From Candidatus Doudnabacteria bacterium (lineage in GTDB: Bacteria > Patescibacteriota > Doudnabacteria > UBA920), in NCBI GenBank assembly GCA_031291995.1, contig JARLHZ010000039.1:18380-82379 (forward strand): a DNA stretch of 64,000 nucleotides, in the 5' to 3' direction. Below the pieces are notes generated by a model. It ran no database searches, had not been told where the DNA came from, and saw only the letters and a program-made list of their open reading frames with translations. This document shows, piece after piece, positions 17,346 through 27,400 of the stretch. The number at the start of each line of letters is the position of its first letter. Position 1 is the first letter of the stretch. Made by a program: the position numbers and the translations under genes.

Positions 17346-20300
17346 ATGCCATCAACTTTGTTACAATCAGAAAGTTCTCTTGAGGGTCATAGGGAATCAG
17401 CTCAAATGCCGGAGGCGCAAAGTCCAGAAATATCGGACCACGACGAGGCAAGTTTGCGGAGAATGGTTGATCAGGCAACAGCAGAAATCTCCTCGGTCCA
17501 GGCAAGAATAGATGCTATCTCTGAGGATCGTTTGCAGAAAGCCTCATCGGGCCTGGCCCCGGAAAGGGCGGGCCGTATATTTTCGACCGGTGGTTTTGCT
17601 GACCGGATAAGTAAAGTCAAAAAGGAAATTTCGGATTTAATAAATCGTACAAAGAGCCAAATTGGTGTATTGCTTAAGCCTTCATCGGAAATTGAAACCC
17701 GACAATCAAAAAATGAACCAGACTCCGACTCTGAACATAAAGCCGCGTCTCCCCAAAGTTTGGAGCATTATATGGAAGCAAACAAGCTTGGCGGAATGGA
17801 AACGGTGAAGGAAAAAGCCCGTCTCGCGCAGTTGCGCTTACAAAGGATAAAGAATCCGGAAAAGGTTTTGGCTTTGGCTCATTATTTGGAACAATTCTCT
17901 GTAAACACGGAATTTAAAAATCTCAAGATTTCAAAGAATGAACGAAAAAAAATCGAAGAAGAGGAGGGGAAGTTAAAAAAACAAGGATTTAATATCAGGG
18001 GTCGGTATACTGATGATGAAGAAGAAGACAAGGTGAAACTATGGGCAACCAAGGAATCTCCATATTCATTTAACACCCACGATTCAAAATTTCTTGCCAA
18101 AGACCTTGCTGAAATGGTTAGCTCGCCAAACGATCCGGTTAGGATGTTTGAATCCTTGCGCAATCTCGGATACCACCTTGAGATTATTAAAAACTGGACG
18201 TTCCATGACAACGATAAGCTGAAAGAGTTTTTTAAAAATCCCGGTGCGTTGGCATTTTTGGAAAAGGTAAAAACGTTCGGGGGAGAGGGGCTTAAGAAGG
18301 ATCTTTTTAAGGGCTATGACCCAATACTCAGACTTTCGGAATTGGCTACTAAAGATTCTGCCGAGCATATTTTTACTCCGGAGTCGGAAAAAAATTTGGA
18401 GAAGGTCTCCGCAATATTGGGTAAGCCCGTGGAATTTGCCGATGTCGAAGATTGGATTGAACTCTCCCGGGGAGACACCCTAATGGAAATTTTTTCCACG
18501 TTGAAAAAGATGCCGGGCAGTGACATTTCCACTAGTGACTGGTTAAATAAACTGCACATAATTAAGGAGAGAGGTGTGGAAAATGAGGTTGTGGAGCTTT
18601 TGAAAAAAGGGTTTTCCGAACGAATGCTTGGGAAATTTTATGGCTATGGTCCGGTTGAAGGCGAAAAGGCCACCGAATCTCTAAAGCAAGCCCTAGAAGT
18701 TTTTAAATCCAACCCGCAATTACAAAAATTCGTGCTTGGGGCGGCAAAAATCTTTGGAATTGAAGATCCGTTAGGGAAAGAGAATCTGGAAAAATTTTGC
18801 AAATTGGAAGAACAAGTTCCGGAAGCCGGGCTGGCATTTGAGTTTTTGTTGGGGATTGGGTTAAAAGGCCAGCCATATGAGTTGCGTGAATTTTTTGGTG
18901 AGCCGGAAATTTTCTTCAGAAATAGGAAATTATTTCAGCGGATGGAGCAACCGCAGGTTAGGCAAGTTATTACTTTGCTGGCAGAATCCGGGCATGAGTT
19001 AAAAATGGATACCTTGTCAGCCGACTTTTATAAAGTGGATATTATTATCGCCGGTGGATTAACTGAGGCTGTGGCGCGATGTAAAGATTTTCCGGGAATG
19101 GCTGATTTTATTATCGGTCACGCGGAGCTTATTAAGGATATTACCAAAAAAGAACTTGCGGAATATCTAAATCAAATTTTATCAGGCAGTGAATCGAAAT
19201 CTATCAGGGACAGGCAGATGGTCCGCGGGGAAATGATGGGTACAGTTTTATCTCAAGGCAGATATGACGTGCTTGCTAAAGTCCTATCAGCCAAGGGAGA
19301 GCTTACCCCAGAGCATACGGAAATAGCTGAACGTGTGGAAAAATTTGTCGATACTTACAAAATTGGAAACAAAGGCCGTACCATAGTCACATTGCTGGCA
19401 ATGAGGGAATATCGCGAAGGTGAAAATTTGGGTGGTTTATTGGAAAGAATCGGTAAAACCTTGGTGGGTTATCAAAAATTATTGGAACAAAAATCGGCGC
19501 ATCATATTCCAGCGGGGCTTCGGGCCTCTATTGGAATGGAATATGAAATAACCAACAGCACAGCTCAAGCGTATTTAAACTCCAATAAGAATTTTTTGGA
19601 GAATGATATGCAGGATGTTTCCCGTTTTGCCGGCGTGGGAAAAGGCAAGGATGCGGTTTTTGAAATCGCAACAAAATCCACTGATAACCCCTACGCAATG
19701 CTTTTGGAGTTGCAGTTGTTGCAGGATTTGGAGTTTATTGATTTTAATTTTAGACGGGAAGGCTATGAAAAAGGTAGCCGCGGTTGTCATATAACAGTTG
19801 GAGGTGAACATGGGCTCAAAACAAATAATAATGCCAATTTTTTACAAAACACTTTAATGATGAGCGGCTGGGGCGGTATTAATGCTGGCCGAAAGGTAGA
19901 GCAGCTGAGCAAAGCGAGAAATGCAAATATTCGCCAGCGCGATACATACAGCACCCAAAAGGTATTTGAAAATTGCCGGCCAGCGGTGGAATTTAGGTCT
20001 TTATCCCTGGACACGTGGGAGCCCTTTGAGCGGACAGTGGAAACTTCCTATTACGGTGCGATAGCGGTTCAGGCTATGGATAAATATTTGTCGGGCTTAA
20101 AGCCGGCGGTGTTTTTCCAAAATTTTGAGACGCAATTTCCGAGGGGCGCGGAAGGCTTGGTCTCAATGCTAAAGGATGCAGGGATGGTTTCTCCCGATTT
20201 AAAGGACGAAAAAACGAAACAAATTATTTTTTTGTGGATGAAGCTGCAGGCAGGAGTATATGGCGCTTTGCAGGATCATAATGAGAATTTTTTGAACAAC

Positions 20301-20756
20301 GAAACGGGCGGTTATTTTGACGAAGATGGAAAATGGATAGATCCGAATGATTTTGGCGGTAATACGAATAAGGAGCGGTTTTTGGCGGTCAGCGGAGGCG
20401 AACAGGGGCTGCAGTCTTATAGTGAAAGTGTTAAAATTTCCCCCGCTGACCTTTTTGAGACCGCGACCGAGGGGCTGGCAAATCGTTGCACAGCCATAAC
20501 CAATCTTTTCATAAAACCGTCCTTAGAATCCGGCGGTGACGTAACAAATGCTACGGCTAGTTTTGATACGACTAAAATCGGTCGAACCATTGAAAGTAGT
20601 GACACTCGGGCCAAATACCAATCTGTTTTTGAGGCCAAAGGGCAGACGAGGGAAGGGTATTATTATATTCAAGGGGGGAGTCAGAAAATGCTCCTTCATC
20701 GAATTCAGATAGAACTTTTGGAGTTTAATAAAGCTATGCAAAAAATAATAGAATAA
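17346..20756 (+). CDS. large (1136 aa) cytoplasmic protein of unknown function; C-terminal third may have an amidoligase/GS-like fold
   Basis: No signal peptide and an acidic, coiled-coil N-terminus. Motifs SIGMEYEIT ... VFEIATKST ... RGCHITVGGEHG resemble the E-x-E / H-x-H-containing strands of COOH-NH2 ligases. This is weak and unverified. Confidence 0.6.
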   Translation: MPSTLLQSESSLEGHRESAQMPEAQSPEISDHDEASLRRMVDQATAEISSVQARIDAISEDRLQKASSGLAPERAGRIFSTGGFADRISKVKKEISDLINRTKSQIGVLLKPSSEIETRQSKNEPDSDSEHKAASPQSLEHYMEANKLGGMETVKEKARLAQLRLQRIKNPEKVLALAHYLEQFSVNTEFKNLKISKNERKKIEEEEGKLKKQGFNIRGRYTDDEEEDKVKLWATKESPYSFNTHDSKFLAKDLAEMVSSPNDPVRMFESLRNLGYHLEIIKNWTFHDNDKLKEFFKNPGALAFLEKVKTFGGEGLKKDLFKGYDPILRLSELATKDSAEHIFTPESEKNLEKVSAILGKPVEFADVEDWIELSRGDTLMEIFSTLKKMPGSDISTSDWLNKLHIIKERGVENEVVELLKKGFSERMLGKFYGYGPVEGEKATESLKQALEVFKSNPQLQKFVLGAAKIFGIEDPLGKENLEKFCKLEEQVPEAGLAFEFLLGIGLKGQPYELREFFGEPEIFFRNRKLFQRMEQPQVRQVITLLAESGHELKMDTLSADFYKVDIIIAGGLTEAVARCKDFPGMADFIIGHAELIKDITKKELAEYLNQILSGSESKSIRDRQMVRGEMMGTVLSQGRYDVLAKVLSAKGELTPEHTEIAERVEKFVDTYKIGNKGRTIVTLLAMREYREGENLGGLLERIGKTLVGYQKLLEQKSAHHIPAGLRASIGMEYEITNSTAQAYLNSNKNFLENDMQDVSRFAGVGKGKDAVFEIATKSTDNPYAMLLELQLLQDLEFIDFNFRREGYEKGSRGCHITVGGEHGLKTNNNANFLQNTLMMSGWGGINAGRKVEQLSKARNANIRQRDTYSTQKVFENCRPAVEFRSLSLDTWEPFERTVETSYYGAIAVQAMDKYLSGLKPAVFFQNFETQFPRGAEGLVSMLKDAGMVSPDLKDEKTKQIIFLWMKLQAGVYGALQDHNENFLNNETGGYFDEDGKWIDPNDFGGNTNKERFLAVSGGEQGLQSYSESVKISPADLFETATEGLANRCTAITNLFIKPSLESGGDVTNATASFDTTKIGRTIESSDTRAKYQSVFEAKGQTREGYYYIQGGSQKMLLHRIQIELLEFNKAMQKIIE

Positions 20757-20761
20757 ACTAT

Positions 20762-21196
20762 ATGGTAAACAATAATCCCGGACATCGATTATATGGAGAA
20801 ACGTTCACTCAGGAAGCGCCTAAGCCAAATGCCGCGGCCTATGAGGTTTTATTGCGCCATTTAAAAAAGCAAGATAGCTTTGAAGGTGAATCGCACGAAA
20901 TTTTAAATGATATTTATAAAGCCTTGTGGGATAGTGAAGCGGAAGCGGATGCTGCTTTAGTCACGATGGAACAAAAGGGGTTGGTTAGCCGCGAAGATAC
21001 TCTGATGTTAATTGTGTTACTCGCCATTTCCCGGACTTTGGGACCCGATTTGGATTTTTTACGGAGGGCAATTATAACTGGTAATTTTAGAGCATCTACC
21101 GTCAACGAAATGATTAAAGCTTCCGGGTTGGATGATTCCTTAGTGAGTTATTTGCAAACAATCACCGATAAGTTTACCGCAGAAATAAAAGAGTAA
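20762..21196 (+). CDS. hypothetical protein, third gene of the operon
   Basis: 144 aa, 5 nt downstream of the large ORF. Confidence 0.5.
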   Translation: MVNNNPGHRLYGETFTQEAPKPNAAAYEVLLRHLKKQDSFEGESHEILNDIYKALWDSEAEADAALVTMEQKGLVSREDTLMLIVLLAISRTLGPDLDFLRRAIITGNFRASTVNEMIKASGLDDSLVSYLQTITDKFTAEIKE

Positions 21197-21332
21197 GCAT
21201 ATAAAAACAGCCCATTAAATTTGGGCTGTAATTATATTTGGTTATACTTCTATGACTACCGGCAATACCATCCACCTTCGCCAAGGCTTCGGCGGACAAG
21301 TGGGCGCCTATGGTGGTGGAGTTATTATCGCC

Positions 21333-23174
21333 TTAAACTTCAATCACGACTGGTAATACCATGGGTCGGCGCTCTGTTTTTTGGTAGAGGTATTCGCCGA
21401 CTTCGTCGCGGACGATGTTGCGGAGGTAGGCGTAGTTGGGCTCGAGTTTTTCTTTGCCTTTGTTTTCCACCAGCTTGCGGACTTCGTGTTTGACTTCGCG
21501 GATGAGGTCGTCGTTGCCCTTCATGTAAATGAAACCGCGGGAAATAATGTCGGGCTGGTTGACCAGTTTGCCGCTGCGGCGGTCGAGAGTCAAAATTATG
21601 ACGAACATCCCGTCCTGGGCCATAACCTGGCGGTCGCGGATAACCACTTCGCCGACATCGCCGACGCCGAGTCCGTCAATAAAGACGTAGCCGGAAGTAA
21701 TTTTGCTGTCTTCCGTGGCGCGGGCTTCTTTGGCGGAATTGATTTCCAAAATTTGGCCGTTGTCGAGCGCGAAAATATTGGCTTCCGGAATACCCATGGT
21801 CCTGGCCAGTTCGGCGTGGGCCACAATCATGTGGTGCTCACCGTGAATAGGCATAAAGAACTTGGGCTTTGTTAGCGCCATCATCAACTTTAATTCTTCC
21901 TGGTGCGCGTGTCCCGAAGTGTGGATGTCCAGCGTTTTGTTGTAAATAACGTGGCTGCCTAAGCGGGTCAGGTTGGAAAGCATGGCGGAAATCGCCCGCT
22001 CATTGCCGGGAATAGGGGAGGCGGAGACAATGGTCGTATCGCCTTTTTTAATTTTTACGGTTTTGTGGTCGCCGCGGGCAATGCGGGCCAAACCAGCCGC
22101 GTCCTCGCCCTGGGCGCCGGTAGTCAGAATAAGAATTTGGTTGTCGGGATATTTTTTAGCCTGTTCGGATTTGATAATAATCTTGGGCTGGATTTTTAAG
22201 TAGCCCAAAGACAGGGCGATTTCTATGTTGTTGACCAGCGAGCGGCCGGTAACAATAACCTTGCGGTTAAATTTTGCCGAGCTGTCAAAGACCTGCTGGA
22301 TACGGGAAATGTTGGTGGAAAAGTTGGCAAAAATAATTCGGCCTTTAATATCCGCAAAAGCGCGGTCTATGGTCAGGCCGATTTCCCGTTCCGAGGCGCA
22401 ATAGCCGGGTTTGGTAGCGTTAGTGGAGTCGGACATCAGCAAAATGACGCCTTCGGCGCCGAACTTGGCGATTTTATCGAACTCCGTGGGCTTGCCGTCG
22501 GCGGGAGTGTGGTCGAATTTCCAGTCGGTGGCGTAAACAATCTGGCCGACCGGCGTGGTAATGCACAAGCCGGTGCTGTCCGGGATGCTGTGGTTAATTC
22601 GGAAAAATCGGACTTTAAAATTTCCCAACGACAATACGTCGTCTTTGGTTAACACGTTAATTTTGGAACGGCCAAGCAAACCGAATTCTTCCAAACGTTT
22701 TTTGATGAAGGCCGCGGTAAGCGCCATGGTGTAAACCGGCGGGTCGCCCAGTTTTGGTAAAATATATGGCACGGCGCCAATGTGGTCCAAATGGCCGTGG
22801 GTAATAATGACTCCGCGGATGCGGCGCTTATTTTCTTCCAGCCATTTGGTGTCGGGAATAATATAGTCTATGCCCGGCATGGTGTCGTCGGGGAAAGCCA
22901 AGCCCATGTCGATTATAATCAGATCATCACCGTATTCCAGTACGGTCATGTTTTCTCCGACTTCTTCCACGCCCCCCATGGGGATAATCCTTAAATTCTG
23001 CCGCGACTGGGTGTAGCGGCTGGTGGCCATTCCGGGAACGAGGGATGTGGCCTTGTTGATTAGCGCGTCTAGCCTGTCGGGCTGTTTTTGCGCTTGCGGC
23101 GCCTGTTGCGGCGCGCCAAAATTGCCGCTTCTGTGCTGTTGCGGGCGCTGATGTTGATGTCTTTTCTGCATCAT
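21333..23174 (-). CDS. rnj: ribonuclease J (metallo-beta-lactamase / beta-CASP)
   Basis: GGVEEVGENMTVLEYGD...IITHGHLDHIGAVPYIL (HxHxDH). Has a basic Gln-rich N-terminal extension. Confidence 0.85.
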   Translation of the reverse strand: MMQKRHQHQRPQQHRSGNFGAPQQAPQAQKQPDRLDALINKATSLVPGMATSRYTQSRQNLRIIPMGGVEEVGENMTVLEYGDDLIIIDMGLAFPDDTMPGIDYIIPDTKWLEENKRRIRGVIITHGHLDHIGAVPYILPKLGDPPVYTMALTAAFIKKRLEEFGLLGRSKINVLTKDDVLSLGNFKVRFFRINHSIPDSTGLCITTPVGQIVYATDWKFDHTPADGKPTEFDKIAKFGAEGVILLMSDSTNATKPGYCASEREIGLTIDRAFADIKGRIIFANFSTNISRIQQVFDSSAKFNRKVIVTGRSLVNNIEIALSLGYLKIQPKIIIKSEQAKKYPDNQILILTTGAQGEDAAGLARIARGDHKTVKIKKGDTTIVSASPIPGNERAISAMLSNLTRLGSHVIYNKTLDIHTSGHAHQEELKLMMALTKPKFFMPIHGEHHMIVAHAELARTMGIPEANIFALDNGQILEINSAKEARATEDSKITSGYVFIDGLGVGDVGEVVIRDRQVMAQDGMFVIILTLDRRSGKLVNQPDIISRGFIYMKGNDDLIREVKHEVRKLVENKGKEKLEPNYAYLRNIVRDEVGEYLYQKTERRPMVLPVVIEV

Positions 23175-23458
23175 TTTGTTAGTGTGTAGTGGTTAGTGTG
23201 TAGTGTGTAGGTGACTAAACCTAACCAAAGCTATTCTGTCCAGGCAAAATGCTTGGACTTATTTATTAAGTTTTGTTATTTAACCCGCTCCAAGTGGTTT
23301 GTAACCGACCCGGACCGGATTCCAAATTAACAAATGACAACCAAAAAGGGGATTTTTAACTGTCATCTGGCAATTGATTTTTGCTTTATTTCAGAGGGAT
23401 TTTTAACAAGTAGTTTAATTATATCACGTCGTGATTTTTTTGTCAATTTTTTTTGTAA

Positions 23459-24877
23459 GCATGTCATTTAAAATTCAAAAGTGCACTAGTTTAAAGCCCA
23501 AAACTGCACTTTTTTGCTAAATATGCCCCCGCAGGCTTAGGATATACGGTTAACCTTAATTAAAGAGAAAGGATAATCATATGCCCCAAGTCCACAAACG
23601 TTTGGAAGATGAAGCCGTCAGAAGAATTTTTAGCCAGTATGATTCTAAACAATTAACCCTGGAGCCTGCCTTAGCTCAACTTGGAATTAAGCGCCGCCGC
23701 TTTTTTGACTTACTAAAAGCCTACCGCGACAATCCTGCCGACTTTTCCGTGGCCTATGAACGTACCGCGCGGAAATTAATTTCAGACTCGGCCGAACAAA
23801 AAATTAAGGATGAATTGTTAAAAGAAAAAACTATGATCGACGACAAGTCTTTACCGATTAACTGGTACAACTATTCGGCCGTTCGAGATACGCTGAAAGA
23901 AAAACACAACATTACGGTATCAGTGCCAAGCATTATCAGCAGAGCCAAGGAACAAGGCTTTTACATACCTAAGCCGGAAAAGAAAAAACATAATCATGAA
24001 GTTATTACCAATTACCCCGGGGAGTTAGTCCAGCACGATGCTTCCCACCATCGCTGGAACCCCTATGTGCAGGCTACTTGGTCTGCCATTACCAGTATTG
24101 ACGACTATAGCCGCGTGCTTTTGTTCGGCGACCTGTTTGAACATGAAAGTAGCTGGGCGCATATTTCTTCAATGGAATCAATATGTTTAACCTATGGGGT
24201 TCCTTTAAAATACTACCTTGACCAACACCGGATATTTAGGTTTGTAAGGAACAGGGACATTAAGAGCAGATTTTTTAATTATCAGAAGTTTACCGATGAG
24301 GTTGACCCGCAGTTTAAACAGGTGCAGAAAGAATTAAATATTGATTCAACATACGCGCTCTCGCCTCAAGCTAAAGGAAAAATTGAGAGGCCATATCAGT
24401 GGTTGCAGGATAGAGTGGTTCGGCATTCTTCTAAAGACCACGTTACCAAGTTTACCGAGGTTCGGGATATTTTTAGAGACGAGGTTTTAAGGTACAACAA
24501 CCGACAAGTGCATTCCACCACCAAGGAAATTCCCATGATGAGACTGGAAGCGGCGCTTAACCAGAACAGGACAATGTTCAGGCCATTTAAAATTCCAAAA
24601 CCTTATGAGTCAACCAAGGACATTTTTTGTTTAAGAACTACCAGGACAGTTAATCATTACCAGAAAATAGCCTTACACAATTTAATGTTTGACGTCCCGG
24701 ATGTCAGACCAGGGCAGGAAGTTGATATACGTATCCGCCCGGAGCCGGAATCCGGCCAGGCTGAAATCAGAATTTGGCACAGCGGCAACCTTACGGCGAC
24801 CAAGACAATTCTGCTTAAAGATCTACCCGCAGTGCATCTTTGAATTTTAAAGAGTGCAGTTTTGAATTTTTCCTAAC
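23459..24877 (+). mobile_element. insertion sequence (~1.4 kb) with imperfect terminal inverted repeats and a 13-bp target-site duplication
   Basis: IRs AAAATTCAAAAGTGCACT (23470..) and AGTGCAGTTTTGAATTTT (..24869). Identical ATTTTTTTTGTAA at 23446..23458 and 24878..24890. Single transposase ORF inside. Confidence 0.75.
23581..24843 (+). CDS. DDE transposase (rve/integrase-core type; IS481/ISNCY-like)
   Basis: 420 aa. N-terminal HTH region, D (VQHDASHH), D (SIDDYSR) and E (AKGKIER) spaced as in the rve catalytic core. Confidence 0.7.
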   Translation: MPQVHKRLEDEAVRRIFSQYDSKQLTLEPALAQLGIKRRRFFDLLKAYRDNPADFSVAYERTARKLISDSAEQKIKDELLKEKTMIDDKSLPINWYNYSAVRDTLKEKHNITVSVPSIISRAKEQGFYIPKPEKKKHNHEVITNYPGELVQHDASHHRWNPYVQATWSAITSIDDYSRVLLFGDLFEHESSWAHISSMESICLTYGVPLKYYLDQHRIFRFVRNRDIKSRFFNYQKFTDEVDPQFKQVQKELNIDSTYALSPQAKGKIERPYQWLQDRVVRHSSKDHVTKFTEVRDIFRDEVLRYNNRQVHSTTKEIPMMRLEAALNQNRTMFRPFKIPKPYESTKDIFCLRTTRTVNHYQKIALHNLMFDVPDVRPGQEVDIRIRPEPESGQAEIRIWHSGNLTATKTILLKDLPAVHL

Positions 24878-24895
24878 ATTTTTTTTGTAAACAAT

Positions 24896-24982
24896 TGGTG
24901 GCCGAGGAGGGACTTGAACCCTCACGACCTTGCGGTCATACGCACCTGAAGCGTACGTGTATGCCAATTCCACCACTCGGCC
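24896..24982 (-). tRNA. tRNA-Leu (anticodon CAG), long variable arm
   Basis: GGCCGAG acceptor pairs with CTCGGCC. D-loop AATTGG. Anticodon stem TACGC/GCGTA with loop TTCAGGT. T-arm GAGGG/TTCAAGT/CCCTC. Closely resembles E. coli tRNA-Leu. Encoded CCA. Confidence 0.85.
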
Positions 24983-25108
24983 TTCAATTGTTTATAAAGC
25001 GTGCGTTTATTTTAGCATTGGAACATCTAAAGAATCAAATGAACAAATTTCATGAAAAAGGATGACCGTTCCGCGTCATCTGTATTTTAATCTGCGTATC
25101 CGCGGTAT

Positions 25109-26860
25109 CTATTTCCACACCCGCCTGGTGTCCATATACCAGCTTTCCACCCCGTCAAAGCGCTGGCTGGAATCGTAGAGAGAATTTATTGAGACATTCT
25201 TGACGTCCGCATCCTGGATATACTGGTATACGGCCTGGTCCAAAAATAATACCGGGGTTTTTGCTAAAATCAGGCCGCTGATTTGCTGGTAATCCTGGGC
25301 GCGCAGTTGGTAGTTGGTAGTGGTTTCGGCGTCTACAATCAGCTGGTCAACAGTCGGGTCGGAAAAACCGGTGAGGTTTAACCCCGGGTCTTTTATCTGG
25401 CTGCTGTGCCAAAAATGAAAAGGGTCGGGGTCGGCGCCGAATTTTTGCGGGTAAAGTAAAACGTCAAAATTTCGGGGTTTGATGGTATTATCGGTTAAAA
25501 GTTGGTTGGGCAAAATTGCCAGGGAAACTTTTATTCCCAGCTGGCTCCACTGGCTGGCCAGAAGCTGGGCGGTTGAGCTGTTTACCGAAGAATCGCTTGT
25601 CGACAGGGTTAAGCTGAGAGGCTGGCCTTTTTTGGCCCGCAGGCCGGTTTTGGGGTCAACTATCCAGCCGGCCTGGTCGAGCAGGCTTTTGGCCTGGCTG
25701 AGGTCGGTATCGGACGGCAAGACCTGGCGGCTCGACGGGTCGTTAAATACAAACGGCGATACCGGCAAAATGGCCTGTCCTTTAAAAATTTGATCGATAA
25801 TTGCTTTGCGGTCGGTAGCCAGTGCCAGAGCTTGACGGATAGTCTGGTCGGATAAGATTGCATTGTTCAAGTTAAAGAATACCGCCTGGTATTGCTGTAA
25901 GGGAATACTGAGGCTTTTGCTTTGCGGCAGGTTGTTTTGCGTATCCAGTCCGCTGGTTAAAGGACTGAAACCAAACCCCAAAATTTCCCGGCTATGGTAC
26001 GCATTGGGCAGGTCGGTATCGTTATCATAAAATTTAATGTCAATTTCATTAATGCCGGGACGGCCGCCGTAATAATCGCCGTATGCCTGGAGGCTGATTT
26101 GTTCCACTTTGCCGCTCGGTAGTTTTTTGATTTGCTTGACGCTGTAAGGGCCGCTGCCGACGGCTTCGAGATTGTATTTGGATTGCAGGAAGTTTTGGCC
26201 TTCAATGCCGCCCCAAATGCCTTTGGGCAGAATACCGACCGTCAGTTTTTGCAGGAAAGGGCCGGAAATATCCTGAGTTGTAAACTGAACCGAATAATCG
26301 GAAAGTTTGCTCACACTGTCCGATTGCCAGGCCGCGCGAAGAGGGCTTTTAAAATCGGGATCCTGCAAGGTCTGGATGGTAAATACGACATCGTCGGCAG
26401 TTACCGGCTTGCCATTTTGCCATTTGGCGTTATGTTTTAGGTTGATTGTATATTGTTTTTGGTCGGCTGAAATTACCGGCATGCCATCGGCCAGGTCCGG
26501 TACCAGCTGCCCGTTTGAATCATATTTATAGAGGCCGGAAAATATGAGATTGGTCAGCGACAGGTCGGGTTCCTGGCTGGCCAGGAGGGGATTTAAATAA
26601 GTTGGCTGTCCGAGTATTCCTTCGCTGTATGTTCCGCCCTGCGACGGTACGGAAACCGTGTGGCTGTAATAAAAATTAGCCGCCGAAATCCCCAGGCTGA
26701 CAATGGCCAGAGCGGCCAAGATTGCGAGGGTAATTTTTTCGCCTTTCCCCAATAAAGAAAAAACTTTCCTCAGTCGGGAAAGGCTTAAGTCGGGGAGCTC
26801 CTTAAAGCCTAACATCAGGCTTTTGGCAAAAGAGGTTTGGTTGTGGGGGAAACCGTTCAT
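25109..26860 (-). CDS. family-5 (OppA/DppA-like) ABC substrate-binding protein, membrane anchored, orphan (no permease or ATPase adjacent)
   Basis: 583 aa. N-terminal TM. DPDPFHFWHSSQ and overall SBP_bac_5 architecture. Confidence 0.75.
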   Translation of the reverse strand: MNGFPHNQTSFAKSLMLGFKELPDLSLSRLRKVFSLLGKGEKITLAILAALAIVSLGISAANFYYSHTVSVPSQGGTYSEGILGQPTYLNPLLASQEPDLSLTNLIFSGLYKYDSNGQLVPDLADGMPVISADQKQYTINLKHNAKWQNGKPVTADDVVFTIQTLQDPDFKSPLRAAWQSDSVSKLSDYSVQFTTQDISGPFLQKLTVGILPKGIWGGIEGQNFLQSKYNLEAVGSGPYSVKQIKKLPSGKVEQISLQAYGDYYGGRPGINEIDIKFYDNDTDLPNAYHSREILGFGFSPLTSGLDTQNNLPQSKSLSIPLQQYQAVFFNLNNAILSDQTIRQALALATDRKAIIDQIFKGQAILPVSPFVFNDPSSRQVLPSDTDLSQAKSLLDQAGWIVDPKTGLRAKKGQPLSLTLSTSDSSVNSSTAQLLASQWSQLGIKVSLAILPNQLLTDNTIKPRNFDVLLYPQKFGADPDPFHFWHSSQIKDPGLNLTGFSDPTVDQLIVDAETTTNYQLRAQDYQQISGLILAKTPVLFLDQAVYQYIQDADVKNVSINSLYDSSQRFDGVESWYMDTRRVWK

Positions 26861-26865
26861 GGGGT

Positions 26866-26940
26866 CATTAAGTAAAATTAAATATGATTGACCAAAATTA
26901 AGTAAAATTTTACTTAATTTTATTTAATTTTACTTAATTA
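26866..26940. promoter_or_regulatory. nested palindromic operator candidate (four TTAAGTAAAAT half-sites, including a perfect 24-bp palindrome at 26896..26919)
   Basis: Half-site occurs twice forward and twice reverse in the 90 bp upstream of the SBP start codon. Confidence 0.5.
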
Positions 26941-26951
26941 TGTCAATGAAG

Positions 26952-27176
26952 TTATTTGGTAAACAGGAAACCGATGTTAATTAAAATAAATAAAATTCCC
27001 AAGACAATGGTGGCGTAAAATAGCCATTTTTCAAAGCCGCGGCGGGTCTGGACAATGTTGCCGGCGCCGCCGAAGACGTTGGACAGTCCGGAAGACTTGT
27101 TTTGCAGGGCGACGACAATGACCAGCAATAACATGACTAAAATGTTCAAAAACTTAAAAATCGGGCTGGAAAACAT
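26952..27176 (-). CDS. secG: preprotein translocase subunit SecG
   Basis: Two TM helices flanking GLSNVFGGAG...QTRRGFEK, the SecG signature loop. Confidence 0.75.
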   Translation of the reverse strand: MFSSPIFKFLNILVMLLLVIVVALQNKSSGLSNVFGGAGNIVQTRRGFEKWLFYATIVLGILFILINIGFLFTK

Positions 27177-27400
27177 AAGGTTTATGTATTTGGCTGTTAA
27201 AATAAATTGCCCGCTTATTATACTAAGAAAGGGGTATGGGTGTCAATGTCGCGCGGGGGTAGGCAATAGTTGTAGGTTATGGAAGTTAGACTAGGCATAA
27301 GGTGTAGAAAGTAGGCCGTTAGCGCTCATAGCCCTACAACCAACAACCTTTTTCCTTACCACTTTCTATAACTGACAACCATAACCATAGTCATAACCCA

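Noticed and set aside
23175-23230. GTGTGTAG-type short tandem repeat downstream of rnj as CRISPR or regulatory array
   Set aside because: Only ~3 irregular units without spacers. A simple low-complexity repeat.
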